Source of the DNA: Dehalococcoidales bacterium
Lineage (GTDB): Bacteria; Chloroflexota; Dehalococcoidia; Dehalococcoidales; JAUWZL01
DNA: 64,000 bases
Assembly: GCA_034413595.1 (NCBI GenBank)
Contig: DAOUMC010000018.1
Span: forward strand, 57,079-121,078
Direction: 5' to 3'
The notes under the pieces were generated by a model. It saw nothing but the letters and a program-made list of their open reading frames with translations. It made no database searches and was not told the DNA's origin. Both the position numbers and the translations under genes were made by a program. Below are positions 25,589-38,558 of the stretch, in pieces; position 1 is the stretch's first letter, and every line of letters begins with the position of its first letter.

Positions 25589-28500
25589 CTAGGCCGCTGG
25601 CTCTTCTCTACTCTCCATATTCTGGCTCTCAGCGCTAGGGAATAATAGAGGCAGCTCCTGAGATTGTTCCAGACGCTGTGCCTCTTCCTGTATTCTCAGA
25701 CGCTGGGCTTCTTCCTCGGACGCCTCCTTGCAGGCACGGCACCGGGCCGGTATTAACTTGCCGATAATCACATTTTCCTTAAGACCGGTCAGCCTATCCA
25801 CCCTGCCGTGAATTGCCGCCTCGGTAAGCACCCGGGTGGTCTCCTGGAAAGAGGCCGCCGCCAGCCAGCTATCGGTGCTCAGAGAGGCCCTGGTTATACC
25901 CATGAGTACGGTATGAGCCGTGGCCGGCTCGCCGCCTTCGGCCAGAACCTTGGCGTTAATCTCCTCATAATGGAACCTGTCCACCAGTTCCCTAGGCACC
26001 AGGTCGGTGTCACCCGGAGAATCAATCCGAACCTTGGCCAGCATCTGGCGTACGATAACCTCAATGTGCTTGTCATTTATGTGGACTCCCTGAGAGCAAT
26101 ACACCTTCTGCACCTCATCCACCAGGTAGCGCTGCACGGCATCCTTACCCAGAACCGCCAGGATATCCTGAGGGTTTATGGAACCATCGGTAAGCTGCTG
26201 GCCCGCCTTGACCCGGTCTCCATCCTGGATGCGAATATGAGTGGCCGCCGGAACGGCATACTCTCTCTCTTCTGTCTCTTCGTAGCTGATGGTTAAGTTG
26301 CCATCTTCAATCACCACTTCCCCGGCGACGCGGGCCAGAACAGGCTCAGCCGCAACAGTTAATGATGAGGCTTCAGTCTCAGGCGCCGGACTGGCCAGCA
26401 GGGTGCCTATATCCACCTGCTGGCCGTTGGCCACCATAACCTGCCACCCTGGGGGCAGAGGGTATTCGTCCTTAAAGACTTCGGAACTGGTAATCTTAAT
26501 CCACTGGCCGGTGGCGCTGACCACCACCTGTGCTATACCATCAATCTCCGATATTATCGCCTGGGCCTTGGGCGGCCTGGCTTCAAAGAGCTCTTCCACC
26601 CTGGGCAGACCACTGGTAATATCAAGCCCGACGACACCACCGGTGTGGAAGGTGCGTAATGTTAGCTGGGTTCCCGGCTCACCGATGCTCTGGGCGGCGA
26701 TAATACCTGCGGCGGTATTCATCTCAACCGAACAACCGCGGGCGAGGTCTCGGCCATAGCAAAACTGGCAGACACCCTGTACGGACTGGCAGCTGATCGG
26801 TGACCTAACATGGACAGTCTTTAGCCCGGCGGCAATGATTTCGGCCGCCTTTACCTCGTCTATCTCCTCATTACGACTGACCAGCACTTCCCCGGTGCCG
26901 GGATTGACCAACTCACTGGCCGCCAGACGACCGATTATTCGGTCAGCAAATGATGGCAGTACACCCTTTTCCTGAGGCTCATTTATCCATATCCCATCGG
27001 TAGTGCCACAGTCTGCTTCAAGAACAATGACATCCTGGGTAACATCAATGAGACGCCGGGTAAGATAACCGCTGCCCGATGTCCTTAAGGCGGTATCGGC
27101 CAACCCTTTGCGGGCACCATGGGTGGAGATAAAGTACTCCATGGCACTAAGCCCCTCACGGAGGCTGGATTTGATGGGGAAATCAATAATTCTGCCCGCC
27201 GGGTTGGTCATTAGTCCCCGCATACCGGCCATCTGCCTGATCTGGGAGATATTACCCTTGGCCCCCGAAGTAGCCATCATATAGATGCTGCCGTATTTGT
27301 TGAGAGACTCGGAAATGGCATTGGTAATCCGGTCAGTAGTCTCCATCCACACCTCTATGAGGCTGTTATATCTTTCGTCCTCGGTTATCAAACCCCGCTG
27401 ATGCTGACCCTCAATAATAGCCACCCTTTCCTCGGCTTCCTCCAGCAGCTTCGGTTTTTTCGCCGGAACCTCAATATCACCCATGGCAATGGTGATACCC
27501 GACCTGGTAGCATAGTGAAAACCAAGCCTCTTCAGCCCGTCCAGGAGCACCGCCATCCGCTCACTGTCACCCAGAAGCTGATAGCTATCGGCTATTATCT
27601 GCTTTAAGGTTGATTTATCAATCAGCTTGTTGACAAAACCTATCTCCTGGGGCATAACCTCGTTGAAGATAATGCGTCCGACGCTGGTCTTGATTCTCTG
27701 CCCATCCTCAAGCCTGACCTCAATCTCGGCTCTCAGGTCAACAGCACCCAGTTCGTAGCACAGCTTCGCCTCCCCGAAATCACTGAACAGCTTGCCCTCA
27801 CCCTTGGCCCCTGGTCTGACGGTAGTAAGATAATAACAGCCAAAAACCATATCCAGGGTCGGCGTTACTATCGGTTCACCGCAACTAGGCAAGAGCATGT
27901 TGTGAATGCTAAGCATCATCTCTCTGGCCTCTTTCACCGCCGCCCGGGACAATGGAACATGAACTGCCATCTGATCGCCATCAAAGTCGGCGTTAAAGGC
28001 GGCACACACCAGAGGGTGTATCTGGATGGCACTGCCATCAATCAGCACCGGCTCAAAAGCCTGGATGCTAAGCCGGTGAAGGGTGGGCGCCCGGTTAAGA
28101 AGAACCGGCCTCTCCTTAACCACCTCCTCAAGAATATCGTAAACCTCCGGTCTGGCTCTCTCCACCAGACGCCGGGCGCTCTTTATATTGGAAGCCAGCC
28201 CGTTAATCACCAGCCGGTGCATAACGAAAGGCTTAAATAACTCCACGGCCATCCTCCGGGGCAGACCGCACTGATGAAGCTTGAGCGTCGGGCCGACAAC
28301 GATAACCGAACGACCGCTATAGTCAACCCGCTTACCCAGCAGGTTCTGGCGGAAACGACCCTGTTTGCCCCGCAGCATATCCGAAAGCGACTTAGCCTTG
28401 TGGTCTCCGCTAACAGAGACCGCCCGACCTCTTCGGCCATTGTCAATAAGGGAATCAACCGCTTCCTGAAGCATTCTCTTCTCATTACGGATGATGATCT

Positions 28501-29533
28501 CCGGTGCCCCGATTTCAATCAGGTGATGCAACCGGTTGTTGCGGTTAATAACCCGCCGGTAGAGGTCGTTTAAGTCGCTGGTGGCAAACCGGCCGCCATC
28601 CAGTTGGACCATAGGCCGGAGGTCAGGTGGCAGCACCGGCAACACCGTCAAGACCATCCACGCCGGCTTATTGCCACTGCGGCGAAAGGCCTCCACCAAC
28701 TGCAACTGCTTGGACGCCTTCCGCCGGCGCTGGCCCGAGGACGAGTGAGTCTCCTGAATCAGATGACTGCGCATCTCACCAAGATCAATATCCTTCAGCA
28801 GCTTGAGTATGGCCTCAGCCCCCATCCCGGCCTCAAAAACTTGGGCATGCTTCTGCTTAAGCTCCTGGTATTGGTTCTCGGTAAGCAGGGCCCCCTTCCT
28901 GAGGTCTTTCAGCTGTTCTATACTGGCCGGAAGCTCCCCCTCAAGCATGGCTTTGGTCTCCTCAAAGTCGCGCCTCAGCTGATTTACTTCCTCAACTTCT
29001 GCCTGCTCTTGCTCCATTTCAGCTATCTTACTCTCCAGAGCCGCCTTACGCTGAGCTATTTCCTGAGAAACCGACTCCTCCATCTGTCTGATTACTTCCT
29101 GGCGTGCCTCCTCATCCACAGAGGTGACAATGTAGTGAGAAAAATAGATGACCCGCTCCAGGCTCCGGGCCGAAAGGTCAAGCAGTAGCCCTATCCGGCT
29201 GGGTATGCCCCGGGCAAACCAGATGTGAGAGACCGGGCAGGCCAGCTCAATATGCCCCATTCGCTCCCGGCGCACCTTTGACCGGGCTATCTCAACACCG
29301 CACTTATCGCAGATAATCCCTTTAAAGCGTATCCTCTTGTACTTGCCGCAGGCACACTCAAAGTCTTTGGTCGGGCCAAAGATTCGCTCACAGAAAAGCC
29401 CGTCCCTCTCCGGCTTTAGAGTGCGGTAGTTGATTGTCTCCGGCTTGGTAACTTCACCATAGGACCAGCTTAAAATCTGCTCCGGTGAAGCCAGTGAAAT
29501 GCGAACGGCATCAAAATCGTTGACTTCAAGCAT
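25589..29533 (-). CDS. rpoC: DNA-directed RNA polymerase subunit beta'
   Basis: 1314 aa with the NADFDGD catalytic motif. The start overlaps the rpoB stop by 1 nt (TAATG). Confidence 0.99.
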   Translation of the reverse strand: MLEVNDFDAVRISLASPEQILSWSYGEVTKPETINYRTLKPERDGLFCERIFGPTKDFECACGKYKRIRFKGIICDKCGVEIARSKVRRERMGHIELACPVSHIWFARGIPSRIGLLLDLSARSLERVIYFSHYIVTSVDEEARQEVIRQMEESVSQEIAQRKAALESKIAEMEQEQAEVEEVNQLRRDFEETKAMLEGELPASIEQLKDLRKGALLTENQYQELKQKHAQVFEAGMGAEAILKLLKDIDLGEMRSHLIQETHSSSGQRRRKASKQLQLVEAFRRSGNKPAWMVLTVLPVLPPDLRPMVQLDGGRFATSDLNDLYRRVINRNNRLHHLIEIGAPEIIIRNEKRMLQEAVDSLIDNGRRGRAVSVSGDHKAKSLSDMLRGKQGRFRQNLLGKRVDYSGRSVIVVGPTLKLHQCGLPRRMAVELFKPFVMHRLVINGLASNIKSARRLVERARPEVYDILEEVVKERPVLLNRAPTLHRLSIQAFEPVLIDGSAIQIHPLVCAAFNADFDGDQMAVHVPLSRAAVKEAREMMLSIHNMLLPSCGEPIVTPTLDMVFGCYYLTTVRPGAKGEGKLFSDFGEAKLCYELGAVDLRAEIEVRLEDGQRIKTSVGRIIFNEVMPQEIGFVNKLIDKSTLKQIIADSYQLLGDSERMAVLLDGLKRLGFHYATRSGITIAMGDIEVPAKKPKLLEEAEERVAIIEGQHQRGLITEDERYNSLIEVWMETTDRITNAISESLNKYGSIYMMATSGAKGNISQIRQMAGMRGLMTNPAGRIIDFPIKSSLREGLSAMEYFISTHGARKGLADTALRTSGSGYLTRRLIDVTQDVIVLEADCGTTDGIWINEPQEKGVLPSFADRIIGRLAASELVNPGTGEVLVSRNEEIDEVKAAEIIAAGLKTVHVRSPISCQSVQGVCQFCYGRDLARGCSVEMNTAAGIIAAQSIGEPGTQLTLRTFHTGGVVGLDITSGLPRVEELFEARPPKAQAIISEIDGIAQVVVSATGQWIKITSSEVFKDEYPLPPGWQVMVANGQQVDIGTLLASPAPETEASSLTVAAEPVLARVAGEVVIEDGNLTISYEETEEREYAVPAATHIRIQDGDRVKAGQQLTDGSINPQDILAVLGKDAVQRYLVDEVQKVYCSQGVHINDKHIEVIVRQMLAKVRIDSPGDTDLVPRELVDRFHYEEINAKVLAEGGEPATAHTVLMGITRASLSTDSWLAAASFQETTRVLTEAAIHGRVDRLTGLKENVIIGKLIPARCRACKEASEEEAQRLRIQEEAQRLEQSQELPLLFPSAESQNMESREEPAA

Positions 29534-32500
29534 TATTCCTTTGCTACCTCGCTCTCAATTGAATCAGGAGTTACTAAAGCTGGGCCGGCTATAGCCTCAA
29601 CCTCTACCTCGGGAGCCTCATCGGCTTTCCCGGACTGAACCGCCTTTTCCTCCTCATTGATGACCTCAACCGCCAGCCCCAGACTCTGCAGCTCCTTGAC
29701 CAGGACTTTAAAGGATTCTGGCACCCCGGGCGGCAGGATGTCTTCACCCTTAACTATGGCCTCATAGGTCTTAGCCCGCCCGGTAACGTCATCCGATTTG
29801 GTGGTCAGCATCTCCTGAAGGTTGTGGGCGGCACCATAAGCCTCCAGAGACCACACCTCCATCTCGCCAAACCGCTGACCGCCGAACTGGGCCTTACCAC
29901 CCAGTGGCTGCTGGGAGATCAGAGAATAGGGCCCGGTGGCCCGGGCGTGAACCTTGTCCTCAACCAGGTGAATGAGTTTCATCATATAGATATTGCCCAC
30001 CGTTACCGGCTGGTCAAACGGCTCCCCGGTCCGACCATCACGGAGTATAGTCTTTCCCGATATAGGCGAGGGCAGATTCCTCTCCAGGCTTACTTTGTTC
30101 ACAGTCTGCTCCAGTTCTTCTGGGCTAAGCTCTCGGCTGGCTATCCCCAGTTCTTCCAGCCACAGGCGCAGGCATACTTCTCTGGCCTCTCCCTTCAAAT
30201 CATCATCAAACGCCCTTTCACCATCAAAGCCCTGAGCACTCACCCAGGCCTTGGCCAGCTCCGGTTGCCCCAAAGAGTAAGCACCGTCAGGGGTAATCCT
30301 GATTGCCCCCGCCTTTTGCGCCAGCCATACTCTGGCCAGGGCGTCTTCAATAGCCACATCGCTGGCACCATCAAAAACCGGAGTCAGCGCCTTAAAACCC
30401 AGCGCCATGGCCGCCCAGCCGAGATGGGTCTCCAGAATCTGGCCGATATTCATTCTTGAGGGAACACCTATGGGGTTGAGTATTATATCCACCGGGGTTC
30501 CATTCGGCAGAAAGGGCATGTCCTCGGCCGGAGCAACAATAGATATGACTCCCTTGTTGCCGTGCCTTCCCGCCAGCTTATCACCCACCGATACCTTTCT
30601 TCTCTGGGCTACCCAGACCTGAACCCACTTGTTGACCCTGACCGGAAGTTCTTCGCCTTCATCACGGGAGAAGAGCCTGACATTTATCACCTTGCCCCAC
30701 TCGCCGTGAGGCACCCTGAGGGAGGTATCCTTAACCTCACGGGCTTTTTCACCAAAAATGGCCCGCAGAAGCTTCTCTTCGGCCGATAACTCGGTCTCGC
30801 CTTTAGGTGTAATCTTACCCACTAGAATATCACCCGGCTCTACGTCGGCACCAATACGGATGATGCCACTCTCATCAAGCTCGCGCAGGCTTTCCTCGCC
30901 CACATTGGGTATATCCCTGGTAATCTCTTCTGGCCCCAGTTTGGTGTCCCGGGCTTCAACCTCGTGTTTGGAGATGTGGATTGAAGTGAATTTGTCCTGC
31001 TTGGCCAGGCGGTCACTGACAATGATGGCATCCTCAAAATTGTAGCCGCCCCAGCTCATAAAGGCACAGACCACATTCTGCCCCAGGGCCAGGTCACCCT
31101 CTTCCGTAGCCGAGCTATCAGCCAAGACCTGCCCCGATTCAACCCGCTCGCCAGCACTGACCACCGGGTGCTGATTGATGCAGGTGCCCTGATTGGTGCG
31201 CACAAACTTCATCAGCGGATAGACATCTTCCTGACCACTATCGGCTTTAATCACAACCTGCTGACTGGTAACCGAGGCCACCACTCCGGAATTCTTGGCA
31301 AACAGCACCTGCCCGCTGTACTTGGCGGCCTCTTTCTCCATACCCGTAGCCACCAGGGGTGACTCGGGGCGGAGCAGGGGCACGGCCTGCCGCTGCATAT
31401 TGGCCCCCATCAGGGCGCGATTGGCATCATTGTGTTCCAGGAAGGGTATCAAAGCCGCGGCAACGCTAAATATCTGCTTGGGTGACACATCCATAAAGTC
31501 GACCTTATCAGGCGCCGCCAAAAGGTAACGGTCACCCAGCCTGGCTTCAACCTTATCATCAGCAAACTGACCGCTCTCATCAAGACGGACATTGGCCTGG
31601 GCAATGATGTACTTGTCCTCCTCATCCGCCGGCAGGTAGACAACCTCGCCTGAAACAAAGGGCTCTATCTTTATGGTTTTGGCACGGAAGCGGGCCAGTT
31701 TCCCGGCAAGCTGCGGAGTGACAATGGCACCGGCTTTGGCTATAGTACCGCCCTTACTATCAAGGACGTCCTCGCCCAGCTTCCTGCCTATCAGACCCTT
31801 ATCAGTGTTCTCCATCTGGTTTATAACTCTGCGGTAGGCCGTCTCGATGAAACCATAGCGATTAACCCGGCCATAGGTCGCCAGCGAACCGATGAGACCG
31901 ATGTTAGGCCCCTCTGGCGTCTCAATGGGGCAGATTCGGCCATAGTGAGAATAGTGAACATCCCGCACATCAAATCCGGCTCGCTCCCGCGAGAGTCCAC
32001 CCGGCCCCATGGCGGACAGCCGGCGCTTGTGGGTCAGCTCTGCCAGTGGATTGGTCTGGTCCATGAACTGTGATAGCTGTGAACCACCGAAAAACTCCCT
32101 GATGGCCGACACCACGGGACGAATGTTGACCAGGGCACCCGGCGTCACTACATCGGTAGCTATGATGCTCATCCGTTCCCTGGCTACCCTCTCCAGGCGC
32201 ACCAGGCCGATGCGGAACTGATTTTGAATCAACTCCCCGACAGTCCGCACCCGACGATTGCCCAGGTGGTCAATATCATCAGGGGAGTCATCGTCATTAT
32301 TGACCATAATAATGTGCCTGACTATCTCTAAGACATCATCTCTGGTCAGAGCCCGCTGGTTCTCATCAACTTTACCCTTAAGACCCAATCGCCGGTTAAG
32401 CTTATAACGGCCCACAATGCCCAGGTCATAGTGCTGGTGATTAAAGAACAGATTGTTTATCAGCTTGCGGGCATTCTCAATGTTGGGTGGGTCACCGGGG

Positions 32501-33264
32501 CGCACCTTCCGGTAGATATCAATCAGAGCTGAGGCCTCATCCCTGACCAGAGGGTCTCTCTCCATCGTTGACTGCACAAAATGGTGCTCCTGAGAGCTGT
32601 CCTCCCTGGAGAACAAGCTGGCCAGCTCCTCATCACTGCCATAGCCGATAGCCCGTAGAAGCGTGGTCACCGGAATCTTGCGCTTACCGTCTATTTTGAC
32701 TGAGATAATATCCCGGCTGCTGGTCTCAAACTCCAACCAGGCACCCCGACTGGGTATCAGGTTGGCGGAGCACAGTCTTCGGCCACTGGCAATATCCTCC
32801 TCGGCGGTGAAATAAACACCCGGTGAGCGCAGCAGCTGACTGACTATCACCCGCTCGGTACCGCTGGTTATGAAGGTACCCCTGGCCGTCATTATGGGGA
32901 TGTCACCAAAGAACAGGTCAAACGGTTCTTTGATTTCCCCGGTTCCTTTAACCAGTAGCCTGGCCTTGACGTAGAGGGGTGCTGAATAGGTCTGGTCGCG
33001 CTGGAAACACTCCTGCTCGGTGTAGCGGGGTTCGCGGAACTCATAGCCGATAAAACTGAGCTCCAACCTGTTACCGGTGAAGTCCTCAATGGGAGATATT
33101 TCCTCCAGTAACTGCTTGATTCCTTCCTCCTGAAACCAGCGGAAGGATTCCAGTTGAACTTCAATCAGGTTGGGTACATCTAGAACCTGGGGTAATCTGG
33201 CATAGGACTTACGGGGAACGGGAGACTTTTTCACATCAGGAAGTGCTGGTGACTCAAAAACCAT
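29533..33264 (-). CDS. rpoB: DNA-directed RNA polymerase subunit beta
   Basis: 1243 aa with conserved beta-subunit blocks ([34 protein letters not shown]). Confidence 0.99.
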   Translation of the reverse strand: MVFESPALPDVKKSPVPRKSYARLPQVLDVPNLIEVQLESFRWFQEEGIKQLLEEISPIEDFTGNRLELSFIGYEFREPRYTEQECFQRDQTYSAPLYVKARLLVKGTGEIKEPFDLFFGDIPIMTARGTFITSGTERVIVSQLLRSPGVYFTAEEDIASGRRLCSANLIPSRGAWLEFETSSRDIISVKIDGKRKIPVTTLLRAIGYGSDEELASLFSREDSSQEHHFVQSTMERDPLVRDEASALIDIYRKVRPGDPPNIENARKLINNLFFNHQHYDLGIVGRYKLNRRLGLKGKVDENQRALTRDDVLEIVRHIIMVNNDDDSPDDIDHLGNRRVRTVGELIQNQFRIGLVRLERVARERMSIIATDVVTPGALVNIRPVVSAIREFFGGSQLSQFMDQTNPLAELTHKRRLSAMGPGGLSRERAGFDVRDVHYSHYGRICPIETPEGPNIGLIGSLATYGRVNRYGFIETAYRRVINQMENTDKGLIGRKLGEDVLDSKGGTIAKAGAIVTPQLAGKLARFRAKTIKIEPFVSGEVVYLPADEEDKYIIAQANVRLDESGQFADDKVEARLGDRYLLAAPDKVDFMDVSPKQIFSVAAALIPFLEHNDANRALMGANMQRQAVPLLRPESPLVATGMEKEAAKYSGQVLFAKNSGVVASVTSQQVVIKADSGQEDVYPLMKFVRTNQGTCINQHPVVSAGERVESGQVLADSSATEEGDLALGQNVVCAFMSWGGYNFEDAIIVSDRLAKQDKFTSIHISKHEVEARDTKLGPEEITRDIPNVGEESLRELDESGIIRIGADVEPGDILVGKITPKGETELSAEEKLLRAIFGEKAREVKDTSLRVPHGEWGKVINVRLFSRDEGEELPVRVNKWVQVWVAQRRKVSVGDKLAGRHGNKGVISIVAPAEDMPFLPNGTPVDIILNPIGVPSRMNIGQILETHLGWAAMALGFKALTPVFDGASDVAIEDALARVWLAQKAGAIRITPDGAYSLGQPELAKAWVSAQGFDGERAFDDDLKGEAREVCLRLWLEELGIASRELSPEELEQTVNKVSLERNLPSPISGKTILRDGRTGEPFDQPVTVGNIYMMKLIHLVEDKVHARATGPYSLISQQPLGGKAQFGGQRFGEMEVWSLEAYGAAHNLQEMLTTKSDDVTGRAKTYEAIVKGEDILPPGVPESFKVLVKELQSLGLAVEVINEEEKAVQSGKADEAPEVEVEAIAGPALVTPDSIESEVAKE

Positions 33265-33386
33265 TTCTACTCCTTAAAAAGACGTGCGGAAGAAAAGCAT
33301 AGTTACAGTGCTAATGCAAAGTCAGATACGCGGAAAATGAAGGGACATAATAGGATAAATCATTAAGGGGCATAATGCAAACATTA

Positions 33387-33415
33387 ATAATACCACAGTT
33401 TATCTTTCTTGTCAA
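33387..33415 (-). promoter_or_regulatory. Strong promoter of rpoBC (TTGACA-17-TATTAT with TG extension and A-tract upstream)
   Basis: The minus strand reads AAAAAATAG-TTGACA-agaaagataaactgtgg-TATTAT. It gives a leader of about 120 nt before the rpoB SD AAGGAG. Confidence 0.6.
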
Positions 33416-33562
33416 CTATTTTTTGTACCGATTCCGATAGTTTTTAGTGCCTGACCTAGAAAAAGATTCGGGTAGTGCCGGCCTACTTGGGTTTCCCTTT
33501 TACTTATACTCCACTATCTAGTATTATATTCTTTATTTAGCCAGAAATACCAAGGGTAGATT

Positions 33563-34495
33563 ATGTCACTAGAGGAAGAGTTGGCCAGTTCAACACCTGA
33601 AAAGGGAACGCTGCTGACCATCGGAGTTTTTGATGGGGTTCACCTGGGTCACAAGCACCTGCTATCCGAGCTGGTCAGGGAAGCAAGGCTCAAAAATCTG
33701 ACCAGCGGGGTAGTTACTTTCAAGCAGCACCCCCAGAAGGCACTCAACCACAATGCCGACATACCCTTCCTGACCAGCCTGCCTCAGAGAATCAAGCTTC
33801 TCAGGGAGGAGGGGGTGGAGGTAATCATTACCCTGTCATTCACCCCGGAGTTGGCACGGACGGGGGCCCATAAATTCATCGGCCTGCTACAGAAATACCT
33901 CAGAATGCAGGGGCTGGTGCTCGGACCGGACTCCACTCTGGGGCGAAACCGTGAAGGAGGTATAGACTCCCTCGGCAAACTGGGGCAGAGCATGAACTTC
34001 AGCCTGACGGTAGTCCCCCAGACAAAGCTAAATGGCGAAGTGGTCAGCAGCACCGCCATCAGAAATGAACTGGCCAGAGGCAACATGGGAAAGGTAAACC
34101 GGATGCTGGGGCGCTTCTTCAGCCTGGAGGGCAAGGTAACCACCGGCAGCGGCAGGGGTATAGGGCTGGGTTTTCCGACGGCCAACCTGGACATCGACCC
34201 GGAGCAGGCACTGCCGGCAGACGGCGTCTATGTCACCTGGGCTTACACTGACAGCCAGCGCCAACCGTCGGTGGCCAACATAGGCCGCCGGCCTACCTTC
34301 GGGGGAAACGAACGCTTTGTGGAAGTCTATATCTTTAACTTTAATGATAACCTTTACCGCCAGCAGCTAAAAATTGATATAATAGAAAGGTTACGCCAAG
34401 AAAAAAGATTTGATACCGCCGAGGAGCTAAAGAACCAGATTGAACAGGATGTAAGGCAGGCCAAAGCGGTGTTAGACCGCCTGACCAGCCGGTAG
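33563..34495 (+). CDS. ribF: Bifunctional riboflavin kinase / FMN adenylyltransferase
   Basis: 310 aa; contains GVFDGVHLGH and the C-terminal riboflavin kinase domain (PTANL). Confidence 0.93.
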   Translation: MSLEEELASSTPEKGTLLTIGVFDGVHLGHKHLLSELVREARLKNLTSGVVTFKQHPQKALNHNADIPFLTSLPQRIKLLREEGVEVIITLSFTPELARTGAHKFIGLLQKYLRMQGLVLGPDSTLGRNREGGIDSLGKLGQSMNFSLTVVPQTKLNGEVVSSTAIRNELARGNMGKVNRMLGRFFSLEGKVTTGSGRGIGLGFPTANLDIDPEQALPADGVYVTWAYTDSQRQPSVANIGRRPTFGGNERFVEVYIFNFNDNLYRQQLKIDIIERLRQEKRFDTAEELKNQIEQDVRQAKAVLDRLTSR

Positions 34496-34496
34496 A

Positions 34497-35789
34497 TTGG
34501 AGGACAACACTACGTCAGACCAGGATATTCAGAGGCTACTGCACCGGGGGGTGGCTGAGGTCATTGTTGAAAAGGAGCTTGTAGAGCTACTGCGCTCAGG
34601 CGGGAAACTGCGCCTGAAAGAAGGCTTTGACCCCAGCTTCCCCGACATTCACCTGGGGCATATGGTCGCCCTGAAGAAGCTGCGCCAGTTCCAAGAGCTG
34701 GGCCACCAGGTGGTTCTGATAGTCGGCGACTGGACGGCCCAGATTGGTGACCCCAGCGGCGTCTCGGTCACCAGGCCGATGTTATCCGCCGAAGAGGTGA
34801 AAGCCAACGCCCAGACCTATATGGAGCAGTTCTTCAAGATAGTGGACAGGGACAGGACAGAGGTCAGGTGGCAGAGCGAATGGTTCGGCAAGTTCACCCT
34901 GGCTGACGTCATCCGGCTTACCAGCAGGTTCACCATAGCCCAGCTTCTAGCCCGGGAAGATTTCAGCAAGAGATATAGCGCCGGTCAGCCCATCACCATG
35001 ACCGAGTTCCTCTATCCCCTGCTCCAGGCATATGACTCGGTAGCGGTAAAAGCCGATGTGGAGTTTGGCGGCACCGACCAGAAGTTTAACCTTCTGGTGG
35101 GCCGAGAACTGCAGTCAATGGTCGGCCAGAAGCCTCAGCAGGTCCTCCTTGTCCCGCTGCTGGTGGGCACCGATGGCGTCAAAAAGATGAGCAAGAGCCT
35201 GGGCAACTACATCGGTGTGGCCGAGCCAGCTAACGAGATATACGGCAAGGCAATGTCCATTCCCGACAGCCTGATTATGGACTACTTTGAACTGCTGACC
35301 GACGTTCCGAATGAGGAACTAAGGGAACTCAGACAGGCACTTGACAATAGCACTGTTAACCCGATGGAACTCAAGAAAAGGCTGGCGAGAGAGATAGTGA
35401 CCCAGCTTTATGACAAGGAGGCGGCGGCCCAGGCTGAAAACTGTTTCTACCGGCAAGTGCAGTGCAAAGAGATACCTGAAGAGATACCAGAGGTTCAAAT
35501 TACCAAGGAATTACTAGACAAAATACGTGTTCGCTCGTCTACAGAGGAAGAGCCTTTAATCGAGGTGGGGACGATTAATCGTGGCACACGCCGTCCCCAA
35601 TGGTACTTTGTCTCAATACCTCTGTTACTTCTTGAAGCGGGTCTTGTTAAAAGCAAGGGTGAGGCCAAGCGTCTTATTGACCAAGGGGCTGTGGAGGTAG
35701 ATGACAACACGGTTACAGAAATGAATTGGAAGATTACTAAAGGCAGCCTCATAAGAGTAGGCAAGAGACGTTATTTTAGGTCAACTTAG
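34497..35789 (+). CDS. tyrS: Tyrosine--tRNA ligase
   Basis: HIGH-type motif HLGH, KMSKS, and a C-terminal S4-like domain (SKGEAKRLIDQGAVEVD). The TTG start at 34497 is uncertain. Confidence 0.9.
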   Translation: MEDNTTSDQDIQRLLHRGVAEVIVEKELVELLRSGGKLRLKEGFDPSFPDIHLGHMVALKKLRQFQELGHQVVLIVGDWTAQIGDPSGVSVTRPMLSAEEVKANAQTYMEQFFKIVDRDRTEVRWQSEWFGKFTLADVIRLTSRFTIAQLLAREDFSKRYSAGQPITMTEFLYPLLQAYDSVAVKADVEFGGTDQKFNLLVGRELQSMVGQKPQQVLLVPLLVGTDGVKKMSKSLGNYIGVAEPANEIYGKAMSIPDSLIMDYFELLTDVPNEELRELRQALDNSTVNPMELKKRLAREIVTQLYDKEAAAQAENCFYRQVQCKEIPEEIPEVQITKELLDKIRVRSSTEEEPLIEVGTINRGTRRPQWYFVSIPLLLLEAGLVKSKGEAKRLIDQGAVEVDDNTVTEMNWKITKGSLIRVGKRRYFRST

Positions 35790-35849
35790 CCCCTTTTCTA
35801 AAGTCATCAATTCAGATATAATAGAAAATTAAAGCAAAAGGAGCGACAT

Positions 35850-36941
35850 ATGACCAACCTGCGCATTCCAGGACCAACCCCCTGCCCGGAAGAAGTGCTC
35901 AAGGTAATGGGCCGGCAGATGATAAACCATCGGGGGCCGGAGTTCGCCCAGCTTCTGGGTGACGTTACAGGCAAGCTGAAGCAGTTATTCCAGACAAAGA
36001 ACGATGTTTTTCTGCTCACCGGTTCGGGCACGGGTGGACTGGAAGCAGCAGTGGTCAACACCCTGTCGCCGGGAGATAAGGTGCTGTCGGTGTCCATAGG
36101 CGTCTTCGGTGACCGATTTGCTGCCGTCGCCCGCACTTTCGGCGCCGAGGTGATTCCCCTGGACTTTGAATGGGGCACGGCGGCTGATGCGGATGAAATA
36201 AGAAAAGCGTTAAAGCAAGACCCGGGCATAAAGGCGGTGCTAGTTACCCACAATGAGACCTCCACCGGCGTCACCAATGACCTGGCTCGAATCAGCTCGG
36301 TGGTCAAGGAGTTTGACAAACTCCTGCTGGTTGACGCCATAAGCAGCCTGGGCTCAATTGAACTGCCGGTTGATGACTGGGACTGCGACGTCGTCATTAC
36401 CGGCTCCCAGAAAGGGTGGATGGTACCCCCGGGCCTGGCTATGGTGGCTGTCGGTCAGAAGGCATGGCAGGCCAATACCGAGGCAAAGATGCCCAGATTC
36501 TACTGGGACTTTGCCAAAGCCAGGAGCTACTTTGAGAAAAAGCAGACGCCGTGGACACCGGCCGTCTCCGTTGTTTTTGCCCTATCGGTGGCCGTAGACA
36601 TGATGCTCAAAGAGGGGCTAAGTAACATCTTCGCCCGCCACGCCCGCATCGCCCGGAAGGCCCGCGAGGGAGTAAAGGCTCTGGGACTGCCTCTCTTCGC
36701 CCAGGAGAGCCATGTCTCCAACACGGTCACCTCAGTATCAGTCCCGGATGGCCTGGATGCCAAGAAGCTGGTCAAGATTCTCAGGGAAGAGCATCAGGTC
36801 GTGCTAAGTGGCGGCCAGCAGAAGCTGGACGGCAAAATCTTCCGCATCGGACACCTGGGCTGGGTAACGGAGAATGATATTGATGGCGTCCTAAAGGCGT
36901 TAAAAATAGCCCTGCCAAAAGCGGGCTTCAGGAGTGGCTAA
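35850..36941 (+). CDS. Class V aminotransferase (serine-pyruvate / phosphoserine aminotransferase-like)
   Basis: 363 aa. It has a PLP-fold pattern (TGSQKGW with the Schiff-base Lys context) and overlaps serA by 8 nt. Confidence 0.8.
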   Translation: MTNLRIPGPTPCPEEVLKVMGRQMINHRGPEFAQLLGDVTGKLKQLFQTKNDVFLLTGSGTGGLEAAVVNTLSPGDKVLSVSIGVFGDRFAAVARTFGAEVIPLDFEWGTAADADEIRKALKQDPGIKAVLVTHNETSTGVTNDLARISSVVKEFDKLLLVDAISSLGSIELPVDDWDCDVVITGSQKGWMVPPGLAMVAVGQKAWQANTEAKMPRFYWDFAKARSYFEKKQTPWTPAVSVVFALSVAVDMMLKEGLSNIFARHARIARKAREGVKALGLPLFAQESHVSNTVTSVSVPDGLDAKKLVKILREEHQVVLSGGQQKLDGKIFRIGHLGWVTENDIDGVLKALKIALPKAGFRSG

Positions 36942-38517
36942 AATGAAAATACTGGTGGCCGACCCCATCGCTCAGGAGGGCATAGCCCTTCTGGGCCAGT
37001 ATGCCCAGGTTGATGCCAAGACCAAGCTGAAGTCGGAGGAGATCGTTTCTATCATCGGTGAGTATGAAGCCCTGATAGTCCGCAGCCAGACCAAGGTCAC
37101 GGCCGCTATCATAGCCGCCGGTAAGAAGCTCCAGGTCATCGGTCGGGCAGGTGTCGGGGTGGACAACATCGATATTGATGCCGCCACCAAAAATGGGGTT
37201 ATCGTGGTCAACGCCCCCACCGGCAACACCATATCGGCCGCAGAGCACACCATCGCCCTGATGCTGGCACTGGCCCGCAACATCCCCCAGGCCAATGCTT
37301 CGCTAAAGTCCTGCCAGTGGCGCCGGGGAGACTTCATGGGCACCGAGGTCAAGGGAAAAACACTGGGCATCATCGGGCTGGGCAATGTCGGCTCGGAGGT
37401 AGCCAGGCGGGCGCACGGCCTGGAGATGAAGCTCATCGGCTATGACCCTTTCATCTCCCCTGAGCGGGCAGGCAATTTTCAGGTAGAGCTTGTAACCCTG
37501 GAACGGCTTTTCCGGGAGGCAGACTTCATCACTCTGCACATTCCGCTTATTGAATCGACCAGGGGCTTAATCGGGGCTAAGGAACTGGCCACGATGAAGC
37601 CAGCGGTGCGCATCATTAATACCGCCCGGGGCGGGCTGATTGACGAAGAGGCGCTGGTCAGGGCAATTAACGAAAACCGTGTAGCCGGTGCCGCCATCGA
37701 CGTCTTTGCCAACGAGCCCTGTACCGAGAGCATACTCTTTGGGAGCGACCGGATAATCGTCACTCCCCACCTGGGAGCATCCACCACCGAAGCCCAGACT
37801 CTGGCGGCCACTGAAATCGCCAAACAGATTATTGATGTCTTCAACGGGCAGCCAGCAAGGTACGCCGTTAATGCTCCGCTCATCTCTGCTGAAGCTCTGT
37901 CGGTGCTGGTGCCGTTCTTAAAGGCAGCCACTGCAGTGGGCAATCTGGCTAGCTACCTGGGTGAAGGACAGCTGAAGAGCATCCAGATAAGATATCAGGG
38001 GGAGATTGCCGGCTACGAAACCAATGCCCTCAAGGCGTCTCTCCTGGGGGGACTGCTTGACCGGCTGACCGAGGAAAGGGTCAATGTGGTGAATGCCAAC
38101 ATGGTGGCGGCACGGCGGGGCATCAAGGTAACGGAGCAGAAAGAGGCTACCTGCGAAAACTACGCCAACCTGATTACATTGGAAGTCTCTACCAGTGCCG
38201 GGGTTACCACCGTTTCCGGCACGGTGCTGCGTGGAGAGACGCACGTCGTCCAGGTCAACAACTACTGGATTGACATCGTGCCCACCGGTGGCTACTTCCT
38301 GTTCAGCGACCACCGCGACCGCCCGGGCCTGATTGGGGCGGTGGGCAAGATAACCGGTGACGCCGATATCAACATCAGCTACATGCACCTCAGCCGCCTC
38401 AAGCCCAGAGGGCAAGCCCTGATGATACTGGCTCTGGACGAGCCTCTGCCTGAGAAACAGAGACAGCAGATTCTGGCCCTATCCGATGTCAACACCGCCA
38501 AGCTGGTCAAGCTATAG
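36934..38517 (+). CDS. serA: D-3-phosphoglycerate dehydrogenase (long form with ASB and ACT domains)
   Basis: 527 aa; NAD motif GIIGLGNVGSEVA and a C-terminal ACT domain. Confidence 0.93.
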   Translation: MAKMKILVADPIAQEGIALLGQYAQVDAKTKLKSEEIVSIIGEYEALIVRSQTKVTAAIIAAGKKLQVIGRAGVGVDNIDIDAATKNGVIVVNAPTGNTISAAEHTIALMLALARNIPQANASLKSCQWRRGDFMGTEVKGKTLGIIGLGNVGSEVARRAHGLEMKLIGYDPFISPERAGNFQVELVTLERLFREADFITLHIPLIESTRGLIGAKELATMKPAVRIINTARGGLIDEEALVRAINENRVAGAAIDVFANEPCTESILFGSDRIIVTPHLGASTTEAQTLAATEIAKQIIDVFNGQPARYAVNAPLISAEALSVLVPFLKAATAVGNLASYLGEGQLKSIQIRYQGEIAGYETNALKASLLGGLLDRLTEERVNVVNANMVAARRGIKVTEQKEATCENYANLITLEVSTSAGVTTVSGTVLRGETHVVQVNNYWIDIVPTGGYFLFSDHRDRPGLIGAVGKITGDADINISYMHLSRLKPRGQALMILALDEPLPEKQRQQILALSDVNTAKLVKL

Positions 38518-38558
38518 AGACAGCAACCTTCCTCATAGGATTTAGAGGCAATCACGGT

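Noticed and set aside
35495-35789. Apparent lower-GC C-terminal segment and possible insertion in tyrS.
   Set aside because: The total length (430 aa) is normal for the long bacterial TyrRS type, and the S4-like motif (SKGEAKRLIDQGAVEVD) is intact. The compositional shift is modest and I cannot show a real insertion without an alignment.
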